Assembly (NCBI GenBank): GCA_002722735.1
Contig: PBMR01000009.1
Coordinates: 42,881 to 106,880, forward strand
Reading direction: 5' to 3'
Length of the DNA: 64,000 nucleotides
From: Methanobacteriota archaeon
GTDB lineage: Archaea > Thermoplasmatota > Poseidoniia > Poseidoniales > Thalassarchaeaceae
The notes below the pieces were generated by a model, which saw only the letters and a list, made by a program, of their open reading frames with translations, made no database searches and was not told the origin of the DNA. This document shows positions 27,120 to 36,816 of the stretch, in pieces. Made by a program: the position numbers and the translations under genes. Positions within the stretch are counted from its first letter, which is position 1. Every line of letters starts with the position of its first letter.

Positions 27120-29375
27120 ATGAAGTTGGTAATCCTGGAATCCAAGGCCAAGGCTCGGACCATCAAGAAGTATCTAGGTCGGGGTTGGATGGTCGAGGCT
27201 TGCAATGGCCATGTCCAAGACCTGCCTTCCCGTGACGGGTCCAAACAAAGCTCCAAAGCACTGTGGGCCTCTAAACCCGGAAAGCTCCCAAACCCTCCTT
27301 GGATGTGGACTGAAAGAGCGGAGGGGATAGTCACCAAGATTCTCTCTAAAGCCTCAGCATCGGGGGTGGATGAGGTTTTCATCGCAACCGACCCCGATCG
27401 TGAAGGTGAATTTATTGCGTGGAGGTTGAGTATAATCTTCGCTGAATTCCCCTCTGTTGCTAGAGTATCGTTCAACGAAATTACCAAACAAGCTGTAACC
27501 GAGGCTATCGACAATCCCCTGGGATTGGACATGGCATTGGTCGAAGCAGCCATTGTCCGCCGCCTCATGGACAGGCTAGTTGGATTCCGATGCTCCAAAT
27601 TCTGCAGATCCTGGAGGCTTAGGTCAATGGGTAGGGTGCAGACTCCAACATTGGGTTTTGTGGTCAACAAGGAATTGGAAAGGGAGGCCCATGTTCCAAA
27701 GGAGTACCACTCGGTTTCTGTTGATTCAAATGGAGTCAATCTGAAGGTCAAGTTCCATGAGAGCAATGATCCCGACGCTTGGTTGGATGATCGTGGAAAA
27801 TATCATTCCAATAGAACATCCGATACGAAGGCTGCCAAGATAGCACATGCAACGCTCATGGATTCCAACTCACTGACCTTGGTATCTGTGCAGGAAGGAA
27901 AAGTTCGGAGGCGGCCACAACCCCCTTTCACCACTGATACCATGCTGCAATCTGCAAACTCTAGATTAGGGTGGTCCATTTCAAAGACTAGCAGCGTTGC
28001 TTCCTCCCTTTACCAATCTGGGCACATCACCTACATTCGCACTGACTCCACAAGAACAAATGCTGACGCGCGCGAGACTATCAGGGAATTGATTGCTCAA
28101 AAGTTCGGCACTGATCATTTGGGCAAAGGTGTGGGCGAATCGAGGAAGTCATCCAAAGAACGAGTCCAAGATGCCCACGAAGCCATACGTCCCACCAACC
28201 CGGAAAACGAGTTGGTTGAAACCAACGAAGACGAAGTTGCTTTGTACAAATTGATATGGGCCCGGTTCGCTGCTAGCCAAATGTCTGATTCAGTAAGGGA
28301 GCGGAGGCAAATGATCCTCTCATGTGAGGGATTAGACCTGCAGCTTTTCGGCAGCTCAAGTTGGAGGGTTCATGCAGGTTGGGAATCAGCCTATTCTAGA
28401 TATTTGTCCGATGTATTAACAGAACCCCCCATATCAGGATTCTCAATCGGCTCCATGTGGGCATTCGACAAAGAGCCTGCTATGGTAACCGATGTAACCA
28501 AGCCACCGAGAAGATTCTCAGAGAGTTCCATCATTCAACAGATGAAGGGTGCAGGCATAGGTCGACCCTCCACATATGTTTCCACAGTTAGAAAATTAGT
28601 TGACAGAGGGTACGTGGAAAAGGATGGTAGTTCACTAGCCCCTACCACCGAGGGGAGGCTCTTGTGGCTGGATGTAGTGCCGCATTACAACGAAGAATCC
28701 CTCTTGGAGGGCGGATTGTTCACTTCAGAATTCACTTCAACCATGGAGGGGAATCTGGATAAGATAGAGCTCGGAGACTCCAATGCGGCTACTACGTGGG
28801 AGGATTTTGTAGGCGTTTTCAGATCTATGCATAACAATGCACTTGAACGCAGGCGGAAGATGCCAACACCTAGACAACTGCGTTACCTAGAAAGGCTGAC
28901 TAGCCGAATGAGCGAGGAAGAGAAGTTCGCGATCTGGGGGCTCGGTGGCTTAGAAGCTCTTTCAGGAGAAGAAGTTAGGGGGATAATCGATTCTCTCAGC
29001 AATGCGGTTCAAGGAGAAATTCAAGCCAGTGAGAAGCAGGTGGCATTAATCATTAGATTGGTAGAAAAGCTATCATTGGATTTGGATATATTTTTGCACG
29101 AGCAGGGGATTGTGGACATCGATTCTCTCACAGGTGGACGCGACGGTACTGCAAGTATGGCTATTGATAAACTGATTTCACTCGATAACTCCTCACCTGC
29201 TACTGAGCGGCAAATTAGCACCATCCTGTCAATGAGCGAAAATCTTGAGATAGCCATCGAACATGCGGTCGAATTGGTCAAGAGCGAGTCTATTGAAACT
29301 ATAACAAAACAGGATGCGAGTAGCCTGATTGGCATTCTCAAGAAGCGAATCAGGTCTCGACGAAGGGGAAAATAG
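27120..29375 (+). CDS. topA: type IA DNA topoisomerase (bacterial TopA-like)
   Basis: LVILESKAKARTIKKYLG, GHVQDLP, ATDPDREGE, RRLMDRLVG, GRVQ, catalytic GHITYIRTDS, QDAHEAIRPT and GIGRPSTY. Confidence 0.95.
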   Translation: MKLVILESKAKARTIKKYLGRGWMVEACNGHVQDLPSRDGSKQSSKALWASKPGKLPNPPWMWTERAEGIVTKILSKASASGVDEVFIATDPDREGEFIAWRLSIIFAEFPSVARVSFNEITKQAVTEAIDNPLGLDMALVEAAIVRRLMDRLVGFRCSKFCRSWRLRSMGRVQTPTLGFVVNKELEREAHVPKEYHSVSVDSNGVNLKVKFHESNDPDAWLDDRGKYHSNRTSDTKAAKIAHATLMDSNSLTLVSVQEGKVRRRPQPPFTTDTMLQSANSRLGWSISKTSSVASSLYQSGHITYIRTDSTRTNADARETIRELIAQKFGTDHLGKGVGESRKSSKERVQDAHEAIRPTNPENELVETNEDEVALYKLIWARFAASQMSDSVRERRQMILSCEGLDLQLFGSSSWRVHAGWESAYSRYLSDVLTEPPISGFSIGSMWAFDKEPAMVTDVTKPPRRFSESSIIQQMKGAGIGRPSTYVSTVRKLVDRGYVEKDGSSLAPTTEGRLLWLDVVPHYNEESLLEGGLFTSEFTSTMEGNLDKIELGDSNAATTWEDFVGVFRSMHNNALERRRKMPTPRQLRYLERLTSRMSEEEKFAIWGLGGLEALSGEEVRGIIDSLSNAVQGEIQASEKQVALIIRLVEKLSLDLDIFLHEQGIVDIDSLTGGRDGTASMAIDKLISLDNSSPATERQISTILSMSENLEIAIEHAVELVKSESIETITKQDASSLIGILKKRIRSRRRGK

Positions 29376-29392
29376 TTGTACCCGGGTCCTGA

Positions 29393-30607
29393 GTGATTAG
29401 CATGGACACGGCGTATGATGTCGTCATCATTGGCGCTGGGCCGATAGGGGGATTTCTCTCTCGAAGATTCTGCGAGAGGGGGCACAGCGTCTTGCTGGTC
29501 GAGGAACACGCAGAGGTTGGTCGTCCCTTCCAATGTGCCGGCCTCGTAAATCCCGATGCAATGGATTCCGTGGGTGTGGAACACGCTATATTGACAAAAA
29601 TCTGGGGTGCTAGAATCCACAGTCCATCGGGTACTGCTGTCAATATTGGTGATTCCCAGAGAATTCGGACCTTATCTGTATGCCGGAAGATATTCGATGA
29701 AGCTGTCGTCATGCAGGCCATAGAAGTTGGAGCTGATCTGCTTTTATCCAGCAGACCCACTTCGGCCACTGTCCACGAGGATTATGTTTCCCTTGATATA
29801 GAGACCCCAAGGGGTGAGCTGGCCATCAAAGCGAAGTTGGTTTGCGGTGCCGACGGTGCGCATTCGTGGGTAAGGAGAAGATTTCGAATGGGGAATCCCA
29901 GGGAGCTAATGATTGGCTTCCAAATCGAAGTCGCAGGCTATCGGGGCGAGGAGGGAAAGTTGGATATGTACACTGGAAGCGACTTCGCCCCGGGTTTCTT
30001 CGCATGGGCCATTCCTTCTCGTGAAACTACAAGGATTGGTACGTGGACGAAAGCTAGCCTTCTAGGGGGACGTTCATGCGAGGACCTACTGCGAAAGTTA
30101 CAGAGCTGTAGCGCTTGGTCTTCGCGATTTGAAGAATGCACTGAGATTGGCCGTTATTGCGGGCCCATTCCCAGTGGTTTCGTAAAACGGCCATTGATTG
30201 AGAGGGTCGCGCTTTTTGGCGATGCGGCCGGAATATGCAAACCCACAACTGGCGGCGGGATTGGACCGGGGTTCAAACAGGTAGACCTGTTAGTTCCTGA
30301 GCTGAGTCTGGCGTTGAACGAAGGGGATCTCTCTAGCCGGAGGATGGGTAAAATTTCCAAACTGCTGGATGAGATGAGTGGTGATCAAAGGAGGAAGCGG
30401 GCCCTGAGGGATGCGTTTCTCACGGAATCAACAGATTCTGAGTTGGATGAGATATTCAAAGTCTGGTCGAAACCGGAAGTAACCTCACTTATCAACGAAC
30501 TTGGAGACATAGAGAACCCAATACCTCTGGGGGTGAAGATGCTCAGGGAGGTCCCAGAGTTCAGGAAGCTTGCAGGAAGAGCAGCGATGGCAGTTCTGTG
30601 GGGTTAA
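29393..30607 (+). CDS. geranylgeranyl reductase family flavoprotein
   Basis: IGAGPIG, QCAGL, GADGAHS, APGFFAWAIP and FGDAAG..KPTTGGGI motifs. Confidence 0.9.
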   Translation: MISMDTAYDVVIIGAGPIGGFLSRRFCERGHSVLLVEEHAEVGRPFQCAGLVNPDAMDSVGVEHAILTKIWGARIHSPSGTAVNIGDSQRIRTLSVCRKIFDEAVVMQAIEVGADLLLSSRPTSATVHEDYVSLDIETPRGELAIKAKLVCGADGAHSWVRRRFRMGNPRELMIGFQIEVAGYRGEEGKLDMYTGSDFAPGFFAWAIPSRETTRIGTWTKASLLGGRSCEDLLRKLQSCSAWSSRFEECTEIGRYCGPIPSGFVKRPLIERVALFGDAAGICKPTTGGGIGPGFKQVDLLVPELSLALNEGDLSSRRMGKISKLLDEMSGDQRRKRALRDAFLTESTDSELDEIFKVWSKPEVTSLINELGDIENPIPLGVKMLREVPEFRKLAGRAAMAVLWG

Positions 30608-30662
30608 GTTATTGCCTCTTTCAGTTCAGAGGTTAAGATATCCCCCGTTTGAGCCTGCGCAG

Positions 30663-31712
30663 ATGGAACCCAGCCAAGTGCCTGCGATGGAAGTTGTAAT
30701 TGAGTCCGATTTTTTACCGACACCGAAATTTAAGATCGGTGCCGAAGATGAATGGTTCATAGAATGGAGGGCGTTCTCTGAAGAATTCAGCCATCTCCCG
30801 GTTATTGAATGCCAGATTGGAGAGAGGCCACCCGATTTCATAGACAGAACCCGTAGAGGATGGTACATCATACCAGACCCCCTTCATGCTGTTTCTAGAA
30901 GTCTGATACCACCAACGGTAATCCTGCTGATAATCGCCTTGTTTATTCACGCAATTGAGCCTGGTTTGGTAGCTCTGGACATTATTTCCCGATCTTTCGC
31001 CGGCTCATTCAAATTCGGCCCACTATACTACCCCAAACTTCTATTCGTCGCTTTCCCAGTATTCCTCCTCCCACTGCTGTACCGAATGATAGCCAATTTG
31101 AGGGATTTGCGAAGGCAAAAATTACTCCTCAGTAAAGCGCCAGTAGATTTAGAGATAGGTACGATAGTTTCTAGGAACGGTGTGACAATTTCTTCCTTGC
31201 CCGACCTGCCTGATGAGGCAGGCATTCGCAGGGCTAGGATCCAAGTCGGTATTGCGGTGCCGGAGAGGAGCATGCTCATTCATGCACTCGGCAGAAGCGA
31301 AGGAGGGCAACCAGCCCCTGGGATGTCCACCCAATTGCCCGATAAGAGAGTCACCACTGGGGATGAGATAGGTACTGGAGTAGGGGAGGCTATCCCCATG
31401 CAACTTGCAAACAGCAGAGTTGCCACGCTTGAGCCATTGCGTGCTTCGGAATACGGAGAATGGTCCGAGTTCCCCCAATTAGTAGACGGCCGACCTTTAG
31501 AATGGTCCTTGGAACTGCCGAAGGGCCAATGGCCCGGGTCGATATACTCCCCTCTAATCGCCGTACATTGGGAACTGGTCATCGAATGCACGGGCGTTCT
31601 GAACTCAGACGTTATGTGGGTCCAGCCGATTACAATGGGTGGCAGCGTCAATAAAATCGTCTCTGGCAACCTGCCTGTTCGAAGCGGCCGGGTGGAGTTA
31701 TCAGGTTATTGA
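30663..31712 (+). CDS. membrane hypothetical protein
   Basis: About 350-aa ORF with two TM segments; start uncertain. Confidence 0.65.
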   Translation: MEPSQVPAMEVVIESDFLPTPKFKIGAEDEWFIEWRAFSEEFSHLPVIECQIGERPPDFIDRTRRGWYIIPDPLHAVSRSLIPPTVILLIIALFIHAIEPGLVALDIISRSFAGSFKFGPLYYPKLLFVAFPVFLLPLLYRMIANLRDLRRQKLLLSKAPVDLEIGTIVSRNGVTISSLPDLPDEAGIRRARIQVGIAVPERSMLIHALGRSEGGQPAPGMSTQLPDKRVTTGDEIGTGVGEAIPMQLANSRVATLEPLRASEYGEWSEFPQLVDGRPLEWSLELPKGQWPGSIYSPLIAVHWELVIECTGVLNSDVMWVQPITMGGSVNKIVSGNLPVRSGRVELSGY

Positions 31713-32873
31713 GTTTGGAATGGTCCAGGCGCTATCCCCGTCCACCACTTTGGGGGGCGTTTCCAGAATATTGTATTCTGAGTCCCGCTTTACTGGGATG
31801 AAACCTGCATTAGTGATGATCTTCCGCAGTTCAATTTCGGTTGCCTGAGTCTTGGTGATGCCGGCGGAAGAGACGACATTCTCCTCCATCATGGTCGAGC
31901 CGGCGTCATCGGCCCCAGCTAACAATGCAATCTCTGCGATATCTAGTCCCATAGTGGTCCACGAAGCCTGAATGTGGTCGATGTTGTGGAAAAATAGTCT
32001 TGATACTGCAACGTGCCGAAGGTACTCGACGGAACCAGTGCCGAGCTCAATCATATTGCGGCCACCATTTCTTAATCCTAGACTAGTGTTTTCCAACATC
32101 ACTGGCCACGAAACGAATGATGAGAAACCGGTCAAACCCCTACATATGGAGTGTTCCTGCAACTGACGAATTCGAAACATGTGCTCAATACGTTGACGGA
32201 TGCTCTCCCCGAAACCGTAGACGTTGGTAGCAGAAGTGGTTAGGTTTAGTGTATGGGCCTCCCCCATCACCCTTAGCCAATTGTCCGCAGAGCCCTTTTT
32301 CGGGGAGACATCCATTCTGATGTCGTCAACGAGCATCTCGGCACCACCGCCGGGGAGACCGTGCAACCCTGCCTCAGAGAGCTCACGCAGAACCTCAATA
32401 GTTGAAATATCACAAACTTGAGCGATTCCTTCAATCTCGATAGGTGAGAAGCAGTCCAGAGATATACTGGGATGGCGATGTCGTAGTTCACTCAATAGCT
32501 CAAGGTACCATTGTAATGGAAGCTCTGGATTTACACCTCCTTGCATTAGAATCCTACTTCCACCAATCTCCTCTAGTTCGGTAACCCTCTGGCTAATTTG
32601 GTCAATGGTCTGGATGTATGACTCTTGGTGTCCAGGCAGCCTCTGAAAAGAGCAAAACTGGCAATTGATGGTGCAAATGTTGCTGTAGTTGATGTTCCTG
32701 TCGACGAGATAGGTGACTTCATTTCCAGATACCTGTTTATGACGTCTCACTGAGGCGGCGTGCATCAGGTCACTGAGGTTTGCATGCTGATAGAGAAGGG
32801 CCGCGTCATCGATATCCAGGGGGGGTGGGTCTTCGGATAACTGCTCTTCAAGGATAGAATGGCAATTTCCCAA
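31701..32873 (-). CDS. mqnC: CofH/MqnC-family radical SAM, likely dehypoxanthine futalosine cyclase
   Basis: VDRNINYSNICTINCQFCSF, LMQGGVNP, PGGGAEML, HIQASW and STMMEENVVS motifs. Confidence 0.85.
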   Translation of the reverse strand: MGNCHSILEEQLSEDPPPLDIDDAALLYQHANLSDLMHAASVRRHKQVSGNEVTYLVDRNINYSNICTINCQFCSFQRLPGHQESYIQTIDQISQRVTELEEIGGSRILMQGGVNPELPLQWYLELLSELRHRHPSISLDCFSPIEIEGIAQVCDISTIEVLRELSEAGLHGLPGGGAEMLVDDIRMDVSPKKGSADNWLRVMGEAHTLNLTTSATNVYGFGESIRQRIEHMFRIRQLQEHSICRGLTGFSSFVSWPVMLENTSLGLRNGGRNMIELGTGSVEYLRHVAVSRLFFHNIDHIQASWTTMGLDIAEIALLAGADDAGSTMMEENVVSSAGITKTQATEIELRKIITNAGFIPVKRDSEYNILETPPKVVDGDSAWTIPNSIT

Positions 32874-32877
32874 GCTA

Positions 32878-34182
32878 TCACCTAGCGCTTCCGACTAATG
32901 CTTCTATTTCATCAATGGCCTTCGGGCATTTAGCCGTCAATACTACGGGGCCTTCATCGGTAATGAGAACATCATCCTCAATGCGCACGCCGATTCCCGA
33001 GTATCTTTCGGGAATTTCAATATCAGCCCTCCAACTTCCGAAATATAGCCCTGGCTCTACTGTGAGTACCATTCCAGGTTGCAATTTTGGCCCCCCGTCT
33101 TCATCACCCTGCCTTCCACCGCCGACATCGTGGACGTCGAGTCCAAGAAAATGTCCAGTTCCATGCATGAAGAAATTTCTGTATGGCCCATTGAAATCCC
33201 CGCCATCTCCAATGGCCTCCTCAACGCTACAATCGAGAATCTCCAAATCAATCAACCCCTGAGCCAACACTGCTGAGGTGGCTCTGTGCATAGAATGCCA
33301 AACTGATCCAGCCTGACAAGCCTCAATGCCGGCCAGCTCTGCCTTCAGGACTAATTCGTATATTTCCCTCTGTGGTTCGGTGAATTTTCCATTCACAGGC
33401 CAAGTTCGAGTGATATCAGATGCATATCCCTCGACTTCACATCCAGCATCGACTAGGACTAAATCCCCGTCATTTATCACGCGGTCATTTGACTTATAGT
33501 GCAAAATAGTGGCATTATCGCCCCCGCCGACGATTGAGGGGTAGCTCCATTGACTATGGCTATGGGCAAAATGCCCTTCGATAATGGCCTGAATTTGCCA
33601 CTCACCAATACCTGGAAATGTGGATTTGATAGCAAGGATATGTGCGGCTGTTGCAATTGCGGCAGATTCCTGCATCAATTCAACCTCTCTTTTGGATTTG
33701 AGTCTCCTATGGCTGTCAATGATTTTTCGTGGATCGGACGTTTTCAAGCCCTCGAGAACACTATCCAAGTCTGTATTGAGGCCCAATATGGTGAAAATCT
33801 CCGTATCATCGGTGATAATTTCACGAATCTCCTTGTCTAAATCTGTTATTGAGTATGCTGAGTCTACGGGCCATCCCGTGGATGCCCCTTCGGCGCCAAC
33901 CCTGACTCCCTCCCAAATTTCAGCCTTGGTATCGCGAGGTTGGACGAAGAGAGCCGTGATCCATGAGTCACCATTGTGGCGAGCCATGAAGACAGATTCG
34001 GGATCGGCCCAACCACACAAGTATAGCAAGTACGAATTAGCACGGAACGGGTAGCTTACGTCATTGGAACGGATGGCCAACGGATTGGTTGGAATTAGAA
34101 CCAAGCCATCAGTTGGAATTAGTTCAAGGAGACGAGCCTGCCGTTTGCGGTATTCCTCGTGTGTGAATGGTAATGATGCCAT
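32878..34182 (-). CDS. pepP: Xaa-Pro aminopeptidase
   Basis: RSNDVSYPFR, LVDAG, YASDITRT, HGTGHFLGLDVHDVG, TVEPGLY and GVRIEDDV motifs. Confidence 0.95.
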   Translation of the reverse strand: MASLPFTHEEYRKRQARLLELIPTDGLVLIPTNPLAIRSNDVSYPFRANSYLLYLCGWADPESVFMARHNGDSWITALFVQPRDTKAEIWEGVRVGAEGASTGWPVDSAYSITDLDKEIREIITDDTEIFTILGLNTDLDSVLEGLKTSDPRKIIDSHRRLKSKREVELMQESAAIATAAHILAIKSTFPGIGEWQIQAIIEGHFAHSHSQWSYPSIVGGGDNATILHYKSNDRVINDGDLVLVDAGCEVEGYASDITRTWPVNGKFTEPQREIYELVLKAELAGIEACQAGSVWHSMHRATSAVLAQGLIDLEILDCSVEEAIGDGGDFNGPYRNFFMHGTGHFLGLDVHDVGGGRQGDEDGGPKLQPGMVLTVEPGLYFGSWRADIEIPERYSGIGVRIEDDVLITDEGPVVLTAKCPKAIDEIEALVGSAR

Positions 34183-34221
34183 CGACCCACCTTCCACCGA
34201 AGTTCGTTATTAGTAATTGGT

Positions 34222-35700
34222 TCAAGTCCACTTGGGTATTTGAATATCCTTCGTGGCGGTTAGGCGACGCTTGAATACTGCGAAAATCAAGAATGCAGTT
34301 GAACAAAGTAGAATGACCATTGATGGGGGGATTGGTGAGCTGGGATCGGCATCTGAAATGATGACTGTCAGCACTGAGGTCTCCCTGTCGTCATCGGACA
34401 CCTCAAGAGTAAGGGCATACTGATCGCCAACTCCCTCTGGCCATGGCATTTCCCGATATCTACCTTCGTAAATTGGGATGTTGTTAATTTTCCATACGCA
34501 TCTTAACGAAGAAATATCATTGTCTGTATCGCTAGAGCTAGTTGCATCAAACTCAATTGCAGATGATTTTTGCAGATATACAGTATCGCCATCGAAAACT
34601 GCCCTTCCGTCGATTTCCAATCGAATTACAGGGGCGAGGTTTTCTATTGTGAAATGGATCATCGATGTCTCTGAGTTTCCCGCTAGGTCAATTGCAGTCA
34701 AAGACAATTCGAACTCACCAGAGTAGTCGGTAGAGAATGAGTAGCTCCGCAAGTCATGACCGGACAAGACCTCAATTGGTATGCTGCCCGTGTGAGAGGG
34801 GCGTCTGATGGTCCAGATGTAATTTATACCATCCCTCCCCCAATGAGCATCATCGGTTTCGCTGCCATCGAAAAGCAAGTTACCCGATCCTTCGATTGCG
34901 GAAGAGGGCCCTCCGATAGTCACATCAGGAGGAGTGTTGTCAACACGAACACTGACGCATGCCTCTGAATAGCCTGCCACATCCTCATTGGACGAGAAGA
35001 CAAAAATATCGTGCCAACCATCATCATAGCCGGAAACATCGATTTCACTCACGAATGACCCCCAAACTGCATCCACAGGAAGGATGATGGCGGAATCGCC
35101 AACTGAGTCAAGGATTAATGAAGACTCTCGTTCACTGCATTGGACAGAGGGAGTAGATTGGACAATCTTGGCTAGCAATGTGGGTACGGAGTCCCCCATG
35201 CTGAATGAGTGCCCCTCTATCTGCAGTGTACTGCTTGCCCACGAATCCTCGGTCGGAGATTCAATGTATACAGTAGTGGGCAGTGAATGGGCACCCTCGT
35301 GAAAGAATATTGACCGGATAACCTCGATTGGGTCGCTAACTGAATCTTGTGCGAAGATATGTAGATTGCATGCGCAGGGCATAGCACCCCGGGCTTCTAT
35401 GGTGAATTCGAATCCCCAGCGAGGCCTAGAAGATAATCTATCCAATTCGAAAAGTTCACCGGTAAGGGTCCCGTGTTCAACCCGGCCTTCTGAATCAGAT
35501 AGATGCCACCAAATGGAAGATGGCAAATCTTCATTTTCGACATATCCACTTACGAATATGTCTTGGTCAGTCACAATTCCGTTATCTAAATCCACAGCTA
35601 TAATAATGGGATCGTCGAAGTGGTTAGATCCCACTACTGAAGGCGATGAAAACAACAATATGGAGACCAGTACAAGAGCCGGTGGAAGGTCATTCGTCAC
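34222..35700 (-). CDS. secreted, C-terminally anchored Ig-like/PKD domain protein
   Basis: Signal peptide; DNTPP, FDGSET, DLAGN, FDATSSSDTD and LEVSDDD; C-terminal TM followed by KRR. Confidence 0.8.
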   Translation of the reverse strand: MTNDLPPALVLVSILLFSSPSVVGSNHFDDPIIIAVDLDNGIVTDQDIFVSGYVENEDLPSSIWWHLSDSEGRVEHGTLTGELFELDRLSSRPRWGFEFTIEARGAMPCACNLHIFAQDSVSDPIEVIRSIFFHEGAHSLPTTVYIESPTEDSWASSTLQIEGHSFSMGDSVPTLLAKIVQSTPSVQCSERESSLILDSVGDSAIILPVDAVWGSFVSEIDVSGYDDGWHDIFVFSSNEDVAGYSEACVSVRVDNTPPDVTIGGPSSAIEGSGNLLFDGSETDDAHWGRDGINYIWTIRRPSHTGSIPIEVLSGHDLRSYSFSTDYSGEFELSLTAIDLAGNSETSMIHFTIENLAPVIRLEIDGRAVFDGDTVYLQKSSAIEFDATSSSDTDNDISSLRCVWKINNIPIYEGRYREMPWPEGVGDQYALTLEVSDDDRETSVLTVIISDADPSSPIPPSMVILLCSTAFLIFAVFKRRLTATKDIQIPKWT

Positions 35701-35748
35701 GATTGTCGCTCAAAGCAAACAGTATTGAACCCCATGGAGAGATGATTG

Positions 35749-36804
35749 CTATCTTTCTGAGATCTGCATTTGCCATGAGAGTTCATCAATCCAAAGTCCC
35801 AATGTGTTCTTGTCAACGAACTCAAGACTCGATTCTGCGGATAGCACGCATTCACAAGCAGCGGCCACCAAAGAGGTAGCGTCCAGTATGCTGTAACCAT
35901 GTCCGAGAGCGGCTGCAAGTGCGGTTGCAGCAGCATCATGGAGCCCAATCTGTTGCTCCGGAGCAGGTGCCATGCAGGGAATGTGTACATCTGAACCGTC
36001 CGATTGGTACAGAGAAACCCCGTCGACCCCACCTAGTGTTACGAGGGCTTCCCAACCATATGTTTCAAGAAGATGAGCTGCAGTTTCACGGGTGCTTTCA
36101 AGCATCAAGCGCCTCCTAAGTAGCTCCATTCCTCGAATTTCGAATAGAATTACGGTGGCATCTCTGCTTTTCTCGAGACCCGTAAGTTTTGGGTCAACAA
36201 TTACTGGAATTCCAAGATTGCGTGCCTCATGAATTAGCATTGCGGCACCGGTCTGGCTAATTGCCCCCTTGTCATAGTCCGATATGACCAGTGCACAACT
36301 GTTCTCCAATGAATCGAAGGCTGATATGGTCAATACTTCAGAAATCTCCACAGGAAGTGGCTCTAAGGGCCCCCGATCAGCTTGGAGCAGAATCTGACTC
36401 TTTTCTAAGAGGCTTTCCCTGCTACCGTAGAACCTAATTTTAGTCAGAGTCTTCATCTCATCCACTACAGCGATGTGTTCTCTGGAGATTCCGCGGTCTG
36501 AAAGCATCTCCAAGACGGTCGCACCTTCCTGATCACCACCGACACAAGTGTGGAAGATCACTTGCATTCCAAGTGAGTTTAGGCCCAATGCTATGTGAGC
36601 CGAAGCTCCCGGAGACTCCTCAGAGCGTATGACCTTCATCACAGGCACCGGAGCGGTGGAATTGAGGTTATTTGCGAATCCGTGATGATATCTGTCTAGC
36701 ATTGTGTCACCAATTAAGGTGACCCTTGAGCCATCGATATCGTCGAGGAGGGCCCGTAATCTCTTGAGGCAGTCAACGCGCTCAAGTACCGTCTCGCTCA
36801 TCAT
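35749..36804 (-). CDS. PfkB/ribokinase family, HldE(RfaE) kinase-like, degenerate
   Basis: IGDTMLDRY, APVPV, ISDYDKG, VIVDPK and LVTLG; the anion-hole GAGD reads GLHD. Confidence 0.8.
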   Translation of the reverse strand: MMSETVLERVDCLKRLRALLDDIDGSRVTLIGDTMLDRYHHGFANNLNSTAPVPVMKVIRSEESPGASAHIALGLNSLGMQVIFHTCVGGDQEGATVLEMLSDRGISREHIAVVDEMKTLTKIRFYGSRESLLEKSQILLQADRGPLEPLPVEISEVLTISAFDSLENSCALVISDYDKGAISQTGAAMLIHEARNLGIPVIVDPKLTGLEKSRDATVILFEIRGMELLRRRLMLESTRETAAHLLETYGWEALVTLGGVDGVSLYQSDGSDVHIPCMAPAPEQQIGLHDAAATALAAALGHGYSILDATSLVAAACECVLSAESSLEFVDKNTLGLWIDELSWQMQISER

Positions 36805-36816
36805 TCAGTATCGCCC

